From assembly GCA_951406725.2 (NCBI GenBank), contig OX597840.1:39680001-39744000 (forward strand): 64,000 bases of DNA. Direction: 5' to 3'. The translations under genes were made by a program, and so were the position numbers. The notes beneath the pieces were generated by a model. It did no database searches, was not told where the DNA came from, and saw only the letters and a program-made list of their open reading frames with translations. Positions 30,953-44,363 of the stretch are shown one piece after another; positions within the stretch are counted from its first letter, which is position 1; every line of letters begins with the position of its first letter. This DNA is from Octopus vulgaris (taxonomy: Eukaryota).

Positions 30953-32109
30953 ACCGGATGTTGTTGTTAATAGCAGAAATACTGAAGAAGATTAAACTAA
31001 TCCAGTTATTACACACGCTGGCTTCTATAGACAACCAATCTGTGCGCCATAAAACCGGAAGACAACAAGAGGCGACAAACTGACTGGAGATGTATTGCCA
31101 CCACCAACGATGTCAGAGAAATCTCTATGGGTAATCTCCATGGGTTTTGACAGGAAATTACTCATATCCGTTTGTTGTAAGATGGACCAACAACTATTAA
31201 ATTCGATTTCCCGTATACATGCATGTAGGACATTGCCTTGTTGTGATTTTAACGGTGTAAATAGATTTTGCGTAAACGCTTGCAAATACTTCGCTATGGT
31301 TACCTCCCTTTCTCTCCCTCTTTTTTACTTTCTATTCTATTCGAATATCTTTGATCTTTCCCTTGGTTCACACATTCGACTGCGGCCATGCTGGAGCACC
31401 GCCTTAGTAGTACAATTCATCTCCCATAATCATTTTTTTTCATTTTTAAGAATTATTATATGAATTTATTTTGCCGAACTGCTACGTTAAAAGAACCTAA
31501 ATTACTTGCTAAGTGAGATGGGGAAAAAAATCACAAATATAAGGACCATACATACACACACAAACACACACACACACACACACAGAGTTTTTCTCTCACA
31601 TACGCACTTGCAAACATACACATACACACACATATTTATAGATGGGAAAAACTTCCGCATTGCATCACACGCTCACACACACACATGCATAGGGATTTAC
31701 TTCCTCATGTATGTGAGTGTGTGTGTGAGCGTGTGTGTATGTGCGTATGTACGTGTATGTGTATAGGTACGTATGCGCGTCAGTTTTTGTACTCAACTAC
31801 ATGCGCCTTTTTCCGTATGTATGTGTATATTGAGATATTTATGTATGTGCGCACATACGTATATAAGTGTGTAGAGGTGCGGGCTTTATATATGTACGTG
31901 TGAGTATGTATTTGTATGTATACGAGTGAGGATGCAGAGGCGTATTAATGTATTTGCTTTTATGTATTTAGCTTGTGCGGGTTTAGGTATCTGTACGTAG
32001 CGGGACGTACGTATATGCGTATCCCTGTCGGTATTTTTACACGAGAGTACGTATGTATATATACGTGTGGATGTGTATGTGTACGCGTGCGTGTACGTGT
32101 GTACATGTT

Positions 32110-32945
32110 GACCATTAGTAACAAAGACAATTTACGAGGAAGTAGGTAAACTCTTTAGCCACAAACCAGACAACCGAGACCGACCATCCACTTGGTCTCC
32201 AGACATTTAAGTTAATTTATGACACCCGTCATTACACCCTTAGGCTTCAACAACCGGAATATGTCATCTTTCCGTACCTTACGAATATGTCATCTTTCCT
32301 GACCACCTCTTTAGTTCTTCACCCCTTTCTTCATCCCTTTACATTCCTTTATCCCTTTATATATTTTTTTAATTTTGTTATCCTTAATTTTTTTTCGTCC
32401 TTATTTTTCGCTTCTTTATCTTTATCTCCATTTATTTATATTCCCATGTTTTTTTCACGTCTATGTGTATTTATGTATTTATATATTTATATATTTATAT
32501 ACTTAGATACTTTTTTTATATTCTTATATAATGTTTTATATTCTTATATCTTTTTTTATATATATTTTTAATTTTTACTCTTTTACTAACTTTTGCACCC
32601 ACTACCCTCCCTCTTTGTGACCCCTAACTCACTAAAGATTCACACCCCAACCCCTTCCCTTTCTATCTCAACATCCAAACTTCCTCATTCTACATCGAGT
32701 GCAAAACGGAATGGACGCTATGATTTTCTTCTGGTGCCTCGCTCTGTCGTACGCGACTTTTGAGGATTTGCATCCCCAACGTTAAACTTATAATGTAATA
32801 CATGTCCTTGAAGTAGTAATTGTATGCGGCTGAAGAAGGCTATAGACACACATTTACATCAATTATGCATTGATATAACCGTCTAATAAAGGCCCGAAAC
32901 ATATGTACCGCTAAATCCTTTGCATCGTGTTTTTATTTTGATAAA
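32110..32945 (+). mobile_element. Penelope-like 3' remnant: possible GIY-YIG C-terminus, 3' UTR and hammerhead
   Basis: '..LIYD..VITPLGFN' resembles the terminal P.GLN motif of PLE endonucleases; T-rich UTR; hammerhead at 32826-32911; ends in a TA tract. Confidence 0.6.
32826..32911 (+). ncRNA. Type I hammerhead motif, canonical core, long stem II
   Basis: gcgg-CTGAAGA-aggc..tagac..atcaat tatgc attgat..gtcta..gccc-GAAA-catatg-TA-ccgc; palindromic stem III acatatgt; GUA triplet. Confidence 0.72.
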
Positions 32946-33022
32946 TATATATATATGTATTATATTATATTATATTATATCATATTATATTATATATTTA
33001 TACACACACTCAAATATGTGCA

Positions 33023-33078
<56 letters not shown>

Positions 33079-33107
33079 TACATACATATACATACGCACA
33101 TAGATAT

Positions 33108-33160
<53 letters not shown>

Positions 33161-33204
33161 GATAAATATATAGATATACATATACATATACATATGTAAC
33201 CCCC

Positions 33205-33420
33205 AACAGTGAACAGACAGAATATTTAGCTTGTCCGATAAAGTACCCAGCGGACTCAGTAGCATTTGAGTTTTCATTCCGAAGTCAAATCCTACTGAGT
33301 TCGACTCTGTCTTTCATTCTCACGGGGTCAATAAAATGAGTAGCAGTTGAGTACTAGAGTCGATGGAAACCGCGATCCCCCCGAAAAATGCTGGCCTTCG
33401 GCCAAAATTTCCCATGAGAA
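33205..33420 (+). mobile_element. SINE family D, old subfamily
   Basis: 'aagtcaaatcctactgagttcgactctgtctttcattctcacggggtcaataaaatgagtagcag'. Confidence 0.7.
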
Positions 33421-33477
33421 TTTCATCGACTAAGATAAATGTAAAATAAAGGTTGTTTGTAATTTGTTCCATACATA

Positions 33478-33902
33478 GGCGCAGGAGTGGCTGTGTGGTA
33501 AGTAGCTTGCTAACCAACCACATGGTTCCGGGTTCAGTCCCACTGCGTGGCATCTCGGGCAGGTGTCTTCTGCTATAGCCCCTGGCCGACCAATGCCTTG
33601 TGAGTGGATTTGGTAGACGGAAACTGAAAGAAGCCTGCCGTATATATGTGTATATATAAGTGTGTGTGTGTATATGTTTGTGTGTCTGTGTTTGTCCCCC
33701 TAGCATTGCTTCACAACCGATGCTGGTGTGTTTACGTCCCCGTCACTTAGCGGTTCGGCAAAAGAGACCGATAGAATAAGTGCTGGGCTTACAAAGAATA
33801 AGTCCCGGGGTCGATTTGCTCGACTAATGGCGGTGCTCCAGCATGGCCGCAGTCACATGACTGAAACAAGTAAAAGAGTAAAAGAGTAAAGAATAAAGAG
33901 TA
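33478..33902 (+). mobile_element. SINE family A, full length
   Basis: Complete match. Confidence 0.97.
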
Positions 33903-34367
33903 AATGCATCGCGCAGTAAAAGAAGGGCTGAGAAACATAGAGTGTTTGTGTGAGTGTGTTAGACCTTGCACCGGTTTCGGTTTGTCTATGTGTATATATG
34001 TTTATATTTGACTGCATCCATGCAAATACATATTCATATATCTGTGTATATATGCATATGTATATATATGTATGTGTGTATATATATATATTCAATGTAT
34101 ATGCATGTGGTTTTTTATATCAATTGCTTCATGTCCATCACTCTGCCTCTTACTGCCTCGTTTCATTTCTCCCTCTCTCTCTCACTATGTATATATACAC
34201 ATATATATACACACATTTATGAATGTGTGTGAGAGTTCTTGTGTGTATGTGTGTGTGATTTTAAGCATTCATACACATACATATGGCCCTATGAATAATT
34301 AAATATATACATATATATATACATACACACACTTACACACACATATATGTGTGTGCATATATAGATG

Positions 34368-34413
<46 letters not shown>

Positions 34414-34802
34414 CGTATATGCTTGTGGGGAGATATCTTATTATTCAGGCAACTGAAATGAGTGTTGATAATTGATTTAAATATAGCTTTAGAGATAATT
34501 AACTTTGTTAATTAACTACATGTTGACCTTTTTAAAGAAATCAATTCTATTGGGTGACCTTTGCATTTTGTCTATCGATGCGCTTTTAATTATCCCTTCC
34601 AGTTATCGGAATTTTACCAATCAACGCTCTGGCTTCTAGCAAATATATTAACTCTTTTTGAAGTTTTCAAAATTTTTCAATAACTTGCAAAATCCCAAAT
34701 GGAAAATATAAGGAATTACAGGAACAAATGAAGGGCTGTATCCCCACCCCCCACAGACAAGCACTCACAATATTGTATGTAGATATATACATATATTTAT
34801 AA

Positions 34803-34848
<46 letters not shown>

Positions 34849-34975
34849 TATAATAATAACAATAATAATAATAATAATAGGGAATATAATTCCAGAACTT
34901 ACAGGGAGAAATTCAATTTGATAATTTAAAATCAAGTTTCACATTATATAATATATGTATTAGTTTAAAGAAAAA

Positions 34976-35105
34976 CCTCTATTAAACAATTCAATAATGA
35001 AAGATGTTATTCACACCATATAGACTTTTAGAGTAAGGTTTTTATAGTATATGCTTTCTATATGGTCTGAATAACATCTTTTATTAATGAATTGTTTAAT
35101 AGAGG
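34976..35105. repeat. ~49-bp inverted repeat with a 32-nt spacer
   Basis: 'cctctattaaacaattcaataatgaaagatgttattcacaccatataga' pairs with 'tctatatggtctgaataacatcttttattaatgaattgtttaatagagg'. Confidence 0.88.
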
Positions 35106-35362
35106 CTTTGTAAGACAGTACAAGAGACATTCCTCCCCATCACAACGAGACACTATAAAATGATTAAAATCCCCAGCAAAGGAACTTATTTTCATTTGAA
35201 AACCCCATAGAATGGGAGAAAGCGCTAATGAACTAAGTGATATGATATATATGTAAAAAATGTAATATATAAATAAATATCTGTAAATACAAACCATCCG
35301 ATCTTCTGATTACCTCATTTCTTCTAATATATAATACCTGTACATCATCCCCAAACCTTCCA

Positions 35363-35393
<31 letters not shown>

Positions 35394-35972
35394 TGTACAC
35401 GTTTACGTGTATATTTATATATGCATATGCACGTACACTCAAATATGTGTATGCTTGTGTGAGTGTGTGTTAGTGCATTTGTCGAACGAACCTGAAAGGC
35501 GTACTCATTGCAGGTTATAGAGTATATTATATAAGGAAAACGAATGTTTACCTCACTACTCGAGTTTCCTGTCATCGCGACTTTCGGGAAAACGTATTGA
35601 ATGGCTATGAAACAGCATATACTAGAAAAGCCAGTTGTATCTCTAAAGAAGCAAACTGAGTCGATGTTTTGTGGCTACACATGATGCCCCCTACTGGCAA
35701 ACTTTAATCACATCGCTCTTAATATTAACTCATAAATTCATTATCCAACACGTACCAACATCTTCCTGCTTCGTTTCACCTTCCAACACCCAGTTCTAAG
35801 TTATGAGTTGTTAACGTTTCTATTAATTAATTTCATTAATTCTAAGTTGAGTGCCACTATGAACTTTCCAAAATCTACAGATTAAATCTCCATCTAGTGC
35901 AGCGTCTACACACATTACCCATTAACATTCAGTTAGTAGAGAAACAAGGAAATTAATTAGGACATAGATAAG

Positions 35973-36625
35973 TATTGGGTTGTCCGGAAAGTTCGTGACG
36001 ATTTTTAAAGGAAAGAAAAAGGTCAATAAATACATTACATTTTTAATCAACCAACTACGAACCATTTTGTTGCGCAATGCGTCTCCATCTTTCCTTTAAC
36101 TTGAAAATACCCTCTTCCCAGAATTGAGTTGGTTTCATTGCAAAGAATTCATCAAGGTCAATAAATACTTGTCATTACATTTTTAATCAACCAAAAATGA
36201 ACCATTTTGTTGTGCAAATGCGTCTCCATCTTTCCTTTAACTTGAAAATACCCTCTTCCCAGAATTTGGGGTGGTTTCATGGCTAAGAATTCATCAAGGT
36301 ATCTTGTTACGTCATCCAAAGAATTGAAATTTTTACCATTAAGACTACCCTACAGAGACCTGAATAAGTAAAAATCCGAAGGAGCAACATCTGGTGAATA
36401 TGGACGGTGGGGTAACACATCCAAGCCGAGCTGCAGCAATTTTTGTCTGGTTCCCAAAGTGCCGAAAATGAACTTTCTTATCTTCCATTTTAAAGTGTTA
36501 CAGAATTAACACAGGTTATAGGAACATAAAACTTCTTCCACGAAAAGATAGCTTAAACTGTGCTCTAAATTGAGGTGTAGTTAAATCCTATTGTATGGAC
36601 TCAACCTTGTTGTGATATAAGTCGA
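35973..36625 (-). mobile_element. Internally deleted mariner element with one TIR and a tandem duplication of its 3' end
   Basis: TIR-like 'tattgggttgtccggaaagttcgt' at 35973; minus strand MEDKKVHFRH joined directly to LGTRQKLLQLGLDVLPHRPYSPDVAPSDFYLFRSL..FWEEGIFKLKERW; 36019-36153 is duplicated at 36154-36295. Confidence 0.92.
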
Positions 36626-37658
36626 GAGTAATTGTTCGATCCCAGGCTATAGTAGGAGAAACTTGCCCAAGGTGCCGCGTAGTTGGACTGTACTCGGCAC
36701 CAATTGTTTGCGAATCGAAATTCTTACCCACACGGCCGTGACTGTAATTAGTTCAAAGATCACTATTGGAAAAACTAGACGAAGATAATAAAGTAATAAG
36801 GTATATTAACGAAAACTATCATTAGATTTCACTAAGTTTATTATTAATTTACTCACTAGCAACGCAGTTAATATAATTTTATCACAATCTCTGTAGGCAT
36901 TACATACCAAAAACGAGACGACGTAATGCTAGATAAACGGTGCTTTAAGATCTCAACGTTGTACGACATCCTGTGATGTTTACATCGCCATTAGGCTATG
37001 TTCAATTCTGAAGGCTAAATCCAAAAATAGCGTTCCAAACTGTTACATGTGAATTTGGTTAGCATGTAGAATGTAAAGTGTTGACAGTTTAATCTACTCT
37101 AACGTGATCGGCTGGAAATGTTAATCTTTCATGAAGACTGGTATGCAACATGTCGAAAAGATGTGAGACATTTAATAGCTGTTGAGACTGTCGTGGCTGG
37201 AAGTTATTCCATCTGAGTGAAACGCTGTGCTTTGCAGATTGTCGAAAGAAAATAGAACTTGTGAAATCGGCTGAAGCTGTAAAATCTGCGACTGTAATAA
37301 ATGCATTGGATAGGAGGACATGTTCTCTCGCTTTCGAATATATAATACTAAGGCGCGAAGGTGGGGTTAACGCACTTTATTTTAACAGAAATTCTCTTTA
37401 AATATGTAAATATATTCATTACACAAGTGTTACGAAGCAGTTTTATTCTTTCTTTTATTACTTACATCCGCAACAATCCATTGTAAAGTCTGTTCTTTTA
37501 TAGTGAATGGTCAACATGTTAGCGACAAGGAATCCGACATTTTTCTTTGGAATATGCTAGAAGCAGCGAAAACTTTTCGAAGTTGTGTACACTGTTGTAA
37601 CAAATTTTAACACAATGCCAGCAATTTTGAGGTGGCTGAGACGTCGGTCACGTTACCC

Positions 37659-37805
37659 TATTTATTTATTTATTTATGCACCCTTTTCAAGCCTAGCCAG
37701 GCTCATGGGCCCTGTTTCCCGGTTCTTGCGGCCAGACCATCGCAGCGTTACTGAAGAAACAGGAAGAAAGAGTGAGAGAAAGTTGGGGCAAAAGAGTAGA
37801 ACAGG
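37659..37805 (-). mobile_element. SINE family B 3' part, tail type 4, ending (TAAA)n
   Basis: Minus strand 'tactcttttgccccaactttctctcactctttcttcctgtttctt..gaaccgggaaacagggcccatgagcctggctaggcttgaaaagggtgcataaataaataaat'. Confidence 0.8.
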
Positions 37806-37811
37806 TGTATA

Positions 37812-38104
37812 CTGTTGTGTCTGGGAGAGTCATTTTCTTTTTGTGCCTTATAATGTAACACACTCACCGGTAAAATGTCCACTTTTTTCTTATTTTTGTT
37901 TTCCTAAAATTTTCGTTGCGCCTTGCAACCTTTTCAAAATCTTCACTCTCAAGACTATTGAAATGGAGTCAAGACTATTGAAAAGGCTTCAAGGCGCAAA
38001 GACAATTTTAGGAAAATATAAATAATAAAAAAGTGGACATTTAACCGGTGAGTGTGTTACATTATAAGGCACAATAAGAAAATGACTCTCCCCAGACACA
38101 ACAG
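37812..38104. mobile_element. Palindromic element with ~133-bp arms and a degenerate hammerhead-like motif (U3-A8) near the centre
   Basis: 37812-37944 pairs with 37970-38104; consensus of the arms is cta-TTGAAAA-g gttgc aaggc gcaac-GAAA-at-TT-tag. Confidence 0.75.
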
Positions 38105-38227
38105 CGTATATATATATATATACACTGTTCTTAAAATTTAAATCGACATATTTGTCTATATATCTACCTTCTCTATAATGTTATCAATTGATATGAAAAT
38201 TATATATTAATGGGAAACCTCTATTAG

Positions 38228-38311
38228 TGGCTGATGATTGCTCAACATTTTAAAACTGTTGTAATACTTACAATATTCAATAAAATGATGTAGCGTGAAA
38301 CGATCGTACCA
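38228..38311 (+). ncRNA. Type I hammerhead motif, canonical CUGAUGA core, long stem II
   Basis: tgg-CTGATGA-ttgct caacatttta..ttgtaa tac ttacaa..taaaatgatg tagcgt-GAAA-cgatcg-TA-cca; lies in a ~230-bp segment bounded by (TA)n. Confidence 0.68.
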
Positions 38312-40169
38312 AATTACCGAAGTTATTCTTGTTGCTTATTTTTGATTTTATATATATATACTGTTGCTAGACGTTAGTTAATTTTTATATAACAGCACAC
38401 AAATAAATTGGTCGTTATATTTCTCATATCCACAAAACGGAGTAAGACATTTTCCCGTGTAGATGGGAAGAAATTTGACTTCGGAAGGGAGTGAGTGTCT
38501 AAGTAATTTCCTTGAATACCAAACTGTGTATAAAGTCGTAGAATACACTGAGGCAGTGAGAGACAGAACTACAGATGCAGCTGTATAAGCATCGGTGTTG
38601 TTGTCATATAGAAATAATTAGTTTCATCAGATTCTAGACAAAACAATATTGACAGTGTGAGCTGATATAATTTAATAATCGCAGTAATTGCTTGCTTCAC
38701 CTGTGAAAAATCCTGCCCGTAACCACAGACATCTCACCTTCCTCGCGGCATATTGTCTTATTCGATTTCCTGAAATTACTGTACTTACCAGTTGCTTGCA
38801 TAGGACATGACTCGATCTTTCAGATTGTGCTGTTTCGATATAATATTTACATACCTTAAGGCGTCCCATATAAAATGTAATGAGTTTGGAAACTTTGAGA
38901 CAGCGAAGTCACATACAAAAATAATGGTCTAGAGATATTTACAGACCATAAAGAATAAGCAAAAGGTAAATCTCCAAAAAAAGAATCAAAGAATTGTAAT
39001 TTTTTGAAAATAGACGCATAGCAGATAGAAATCAATGTTCCCTATACACTAAACTTGCTAAAATATATATTGATTTCGCAAATTGTTCTAAAATAAAGAT
39101 TCAGTCTCATCTTTCTAAATTGTCTTTACGTTCCAAACATTTCAAGTCTTCTATTAAATTTTAATTGGTTCTGATCTGTGAACTCATCGAAGAGTAACAT
39201 ATATCGCAACGTATCTAGTCCCGAATTCTGACGATTCTGTCAAACCATTGTCATATACTGTTGTGCATTATCGTAGTAGATTATATTACGAATATCTATA
39301 AAAAGTATTTACTAAAGTATGAGGCGGGATTTACATAATCAATGGCTTGTTAGTTCGCGAAATACGAACGACAGCAAAATAGAAATTATTTATCAAATAT
39401 TCTATTCGGTTCTTTAGTGACATTTGAAAAAAAATTAGTTTACTAACCTTCCTAGACACTTCATAATAATCAGATGCTAGTAGATTTACGACGTAACAAT
39501 AAATTATTCAACATTATGAAATCTGCTAAATATCCGCTTAGCAATTTTTGGAATTTAGTCGCTAGTAGAAGTAACATTATCTTCGTTAACAGCAAATAAA
39601 ACGATGTTTAAGATGACACAGTCGTATCAGAGAGTGATTATTTTTAATCCTTTCAGATAGAATTATCTACAAATAGGACTTGAAATAAACCCCGCAATAT
39701 CCCATGGTTTAACACCCCTTTGTACCTTACTGTAAAGAGTAAATTAAATACGGGCATTACTAACCGAATTAATAATGGCACTTTCAGAAATACATCATCC
39801 TCCACACACATAGCTTTTTGACTTGTACATCAGTTACTAAACTGTGGACCACCTGGGGGTAAAGGCCTTGCGGTACTTCAGAGGACAAATCCGTCCCAGT
39901 ACTTACTTTTAAACCTCGTACATATCCAAAAGGACTCCTCTGTTGGAACCGCCACGCAGCGTGGCCTTAGACACACAAACACTAGTCGTCAGGCAGCAGG
40001 AGTGACACCAACTCCATACCCACAAATTACTGGATTAAAGGGAAATAATATGGACAGGTGATTGTGTACGCATAAGAAATAAGGATTCATGTAATATTGA
40101 GATAAACGGTTTTCTATCTTTATTGTACACGAGAGACAGCCTTATTCTATGTCTCTTTCATTTGAGATA

Positions 40170-40620
40170 ACAGGACCTGTATTTGTGCTTGCTTTCGTTT
40201 ATTCCAGTTATGGTCTGTGGCCATGCAGAACCAAGGAAGATTTGGTTGTGTAAATATGGTAGTGGTAAAGGTCTACTTAGGTCATCGTTACTTTATGCTG
40301 TAGGTGGACAGGCTAAAATCGAGAATGAAATCTCCCATCTTTCATACCTTTACGCCTCGAAATAATCGACATATTGATATTAAGGACATGTGATTAGAAT
40401 GTACCAAGAAAGGATCGAGAGATTCTTGAAGCGGAGCCAACAGGAAGGGGATCTATTGGTCCCCCAAGGAAGAGATGGTTGGATAATATATATAGAATCG
40501 ACAAGGAATACAGTCGGGAAGGGAAATGGTAGCTGCTTCTGATAGGTTCCCGTGGAGGAGGTACCTCGGTAATCTACCCCCAACGATCCTTACACAAAGG
40601 AGTAAGAAGAGAAAATAAAT
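40170..40620 (+). pseudogene. RTE-clade (Expander/Rex3-like) LINE 3' end
   Basis: SFIPVMVCGH..GHVIRMYQERIE../ILEAEPTGRGSIGPPRKRWLDNI../AASDRFPWRRYL; followed by a (GATG)n tail. Confidence 0.82.
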
Positions 40621-41606
40621 AGATGGATGGATGGATGAACAGACAAACAGACAAATAGACAGACGGACGGACGGACGGATGGATAGGTAGACAAACAGAG
40701 ATATAGAAAGATAGATACACACACATACATACATGCATACTGACAGACACACAGACGAACAGACAGACAGAGAGACGGGCGGACGGGTGGATGGATGGAT
40801 GGATGGATGGATGGAGAGACGGACAGACAAACAAAAAAAACAGACAAATAGACAGACAGACGGACAGACGGACGGATGAATGGTCAGGCAGAGAGACAGA
40901 TAGATAGACAAACATACATACATACAGACAGACACACGAACGAACGAACAGACAGTCAGACAGACGAGCGGAAGGACAGATGGATGGATAGATGGATGGA
41001 TGGACAGAAATACAGAAAAAAAACAGAAAATAGACTGTCGGACGGACGGATGGGTCGATAGGCAGACATACATACATACATACATATATACATACACACA
41101 CATACATACATACATATATACATACACACACATACATACATACCTACCTACCTACACACATACATACATACATACATACATATATACATACACACACATA
41201 CATACATACATATATACATACACACACATACATACATACCTACCTACCTACCTACCTACACATACATACATACATACACACACACATACATACATACATA
41301 CATACATACCTACATACATACATACATACATACATACATACATACATGCATGCATGCATACATACATGCATACATGCATACATACATACATACACACATA
41401 CATACATACATACATACATACATACATACATACATACATACATACATACATACATACATGCATACATACATACATACACACATACATACATACATACATA
41501 CATACATACACATACATACATACATACATACATACTGACAGACACATGGACGAGCAGACAGACAGATGGGCACACGGGCGGACAGATGGATGGATGGATG
41601 GATGGA
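40620..41606. repeat. Compound (GATG)/(GACA)/(GACG)/(CATA) microsatellite with a recurring higher-order pattern
   Basis: 'catactgacagacaca..gacga.cagacagacaga..acgggcggac..ggatggatgg' recurs near 40736 and 41531. Confidence 0.9.
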
Positions 41607-42144
41607 CAATGTTAAAAAACATCTATAAATGTCAGGATGTTCAATGACAAAAACTCATTTATTCATAATCACCTCGATCGATAATGACTTGAGGGCAACA
41701 GTTACAACATCGTCATCAACAACAACAACAACAACAACAACAACAACCACAACAATAACAACAAGAACAGCACAATCATCATAACATATACGAGCAAGAA
41801 AGCGAAAAGTTGTGAAACTTTTTAGCTTGCCCGTTTAAAAGTACATCAGGTTTGTAAACAAAGTCAAGCGAATGAGTCCTCTTTGTCATGTTTGATCTTT
41901 GTCGATATTGATTGGGCTTAGTCCTATATCGATACTTTAAAAATAAACTGCAAGACCAATTAGTAAACAAGGACACACAGACACACTTGCTTAGACACAC
42001 ACACACACATATATATGTATATATATAGGCATTTACAACAACGTGCCTACATATACACATATGTATAAGACAAAGTATGTATGTAAAAATATTGGAATAT
42101 ACATATATATATATATATATATACTTACACACACAGACTAATAT

Positions 42145-42180
<36 letters not shown>

Positions 42181-42534
42181 ATACACACATATGGCTGTGT
42201 GTGTAACCACACACAAACATACACAGGCACGAGTCGATATATTGTATTCAGCTTTGTCTTCCGTTCTGTCTCTCATAGAGTTTTTCACTGTCTCACCACT
42301 TCTTACTCGGATACAAAGAAACGTTTAACCACACACAAACACACATATATACTACACAAGCACACACACACACGCGCGCGCGTGTAAATACGCGCACGCG
42401 TGCGAGCAGACACACATAAGTATACAACTACATCCATACGTAAATAAACGCATAGAGAGAAGTAAACATAAGTAAACACATGTACACACACACACACGCA
42501 TATATGTATGTATATAGATATATAATTTCAATAT

Positions 42535-42733
42535 GTGACCCCGTGTGTTTCGTTGGCGAATTCCTTTCTCCGTCTTCCCTTCCTTGATCCTTTCCTTTTT
42601 CTATGTTTCTGACGAAGAGCTCCCCTCGAAACGGTAAATCCTTCTTCTTTCTTTCCTGTCCTGAGCGTCCAGTAACACTATAATTCTTCCACGTTCTCGC
42701 GTTGTTGTGTTTTCTCTTTGTTTTACTTTGAAT

Positions 42734-42738
<5 letters not shown>
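42535..42738 (+). mobile_element. Penelope-type non-coding fragment with a hammerhead-like motif at 42605-42639
   Basis: ttt-CTGACGA-a gag ctccc ctc-GAAA-cgg-TA-aat; ends in (TA)n; stem I weak. Confidence 0.55.
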
Positions 42739-42783
<45 letters not shown>

Positions 42784-42935
42784 CATACATACATACATAG
42801 AAACACACAAACATATATATTTACATTATATATATATGTGTATGCGTGTGTGTGTGTGTGTGTGTGTGTCTGTGTGTCTGTGTGTGTGTCTGTGTGTGTA
42901 TGTGAGTATGTATAGGTAAATTTATATTATATATT

Positions 42936-43500
42936 ATGAAACGTCGTACAGCTGTAGAGGTATTTGACCATACCCTCCTCCAAGACATAAAAAATCATAA
43001 CACACACTTGGATACAGTGACGATTCTTGCAGGAGATTTTCGTCGAACTTTGCCAGTTACCCCTAAAGGATCAATAGCTGGTGAAGTCAATGCATGCTTT
43101 AAACAATTGCATCTTTGGAGACATGTGAAAAAAATTATCTTACAAGCAATATCAGTGAACTTCTAGAAGGTGATCAGACGAGGTTCTTAAGATTGGCAAT
43201 GGGGTATTAAGATTCAACTCAAGACTTCAGCTAGATGGAATTACATGCGGTCAAATGATACTTTCTCTTAGGGATCTTATGGATAAAATATTTCCTACTT
43301 TATCTATCAATTCCACTCATGTACACTGGCAGTGTGAAAGAGCTATACTGGCTCCAACTAATGAAATGGTTGATAAATTCAATCATGCACTTCTTCAAAA
43401 GTTAAGTTACATCAGAATTGACTTTTCGATCAATTGACAACAATCGATCGATAGCGGGTTGTTCGATACCCTGGTGAATTTCCGATCACATTTAAACGCA
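42936..43500 (+). pseudogene. Helitron Pif1-type helicase fragment
   Basis: ORF-track peptides AVEVFDHTL..ILAGDFRRTLPVTPKGSIAGEVNACFKQLHLW and IFPTLSIN..WQCERAILAPTNEMVDKFN match Helitron/Pif1 motifs (GDFRQxLPV; ERAILAPxN); stops and frameshifts present. Confidence 0.92.
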
Positions 43501-44363
43501 TTTTCCATATGGAATCGAAAGCTGAGTCGCCGATTTTGACGTATGAGGTATCAAATGATTCAGTAATCATCCGTCTACCAAATAAAGTATGTTTTTTGCA
43601 CAACTTTTTAACCACAAAAATTACCTCAAAAACTAGGTCAGGTCGCACAATTTTGAGGTCCTTAGCTAAGGGAGGCATCTATGCCTGAACAATCTTAAGA
43701 TACATGCAGTTTCACTTGGGAATGAAACTTCGAAGATATCCCGTCAACTTAATTAGTACTGTTTAGCAGATAATCTTTTAGTATGTATTTGTTTTGTTTA
43801 GCTCTGATTTGCTTCCGATGTAGCAGATCCATTGCATAGTTTGTTTTATCTTCCTGAAATACTCTAAATCTGCCTTTCCTTTGATGAAAGCGTGAGTTTT
43901 AAGAGAGATTTGGCTGCTATTTGTTGCAACTCAGGTTACAACACACACCTGTGTGTGTGTGTTTTGTTATGTCGAAAAAAATACTTTTTCTCAGAATAAT
44001 TTGCACAATATATTTTTTAGGAATCTGGACATCTTTTTTACTGCTAACCTTTCAACTATAAATTACAATTGGTAATTGTTGCAAGTCACATAGACTGCGA
44101 CGTACATATGTTATCGTATAGAAGTTTTGAACTCATTATCTTGTGGTTAGTGATCCATTACCTTAAATTTGAAGCCATTAAATCTTTAAACATTATTTTA
44201 ATGGGTTTCGTCACCTTAAAAAATTCAATTGTTCATTCTGACCTTATTGTGTATTTCAATCTGGCATTTATTTTACAGAATCATGCTTGATGAACTTCTA
44301 ACTTTGAGACATCGGGGGAAACATTACTCGATCTAACAACAAATGTAAACACGCATATATATT

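Noticed and set aside
36900-37330. Possible very old LINE C-terminal remnant
   Set aside because: Could not recover a convincing conserved motif by manual translation.
38672-38869. Possible minus-strand exon/intron set (gtaagt at about 38788, ttttcacag at about 38701)
   Set aside because: Peptides unrecognisable and signals compatible with chance in AT-rich DNA.
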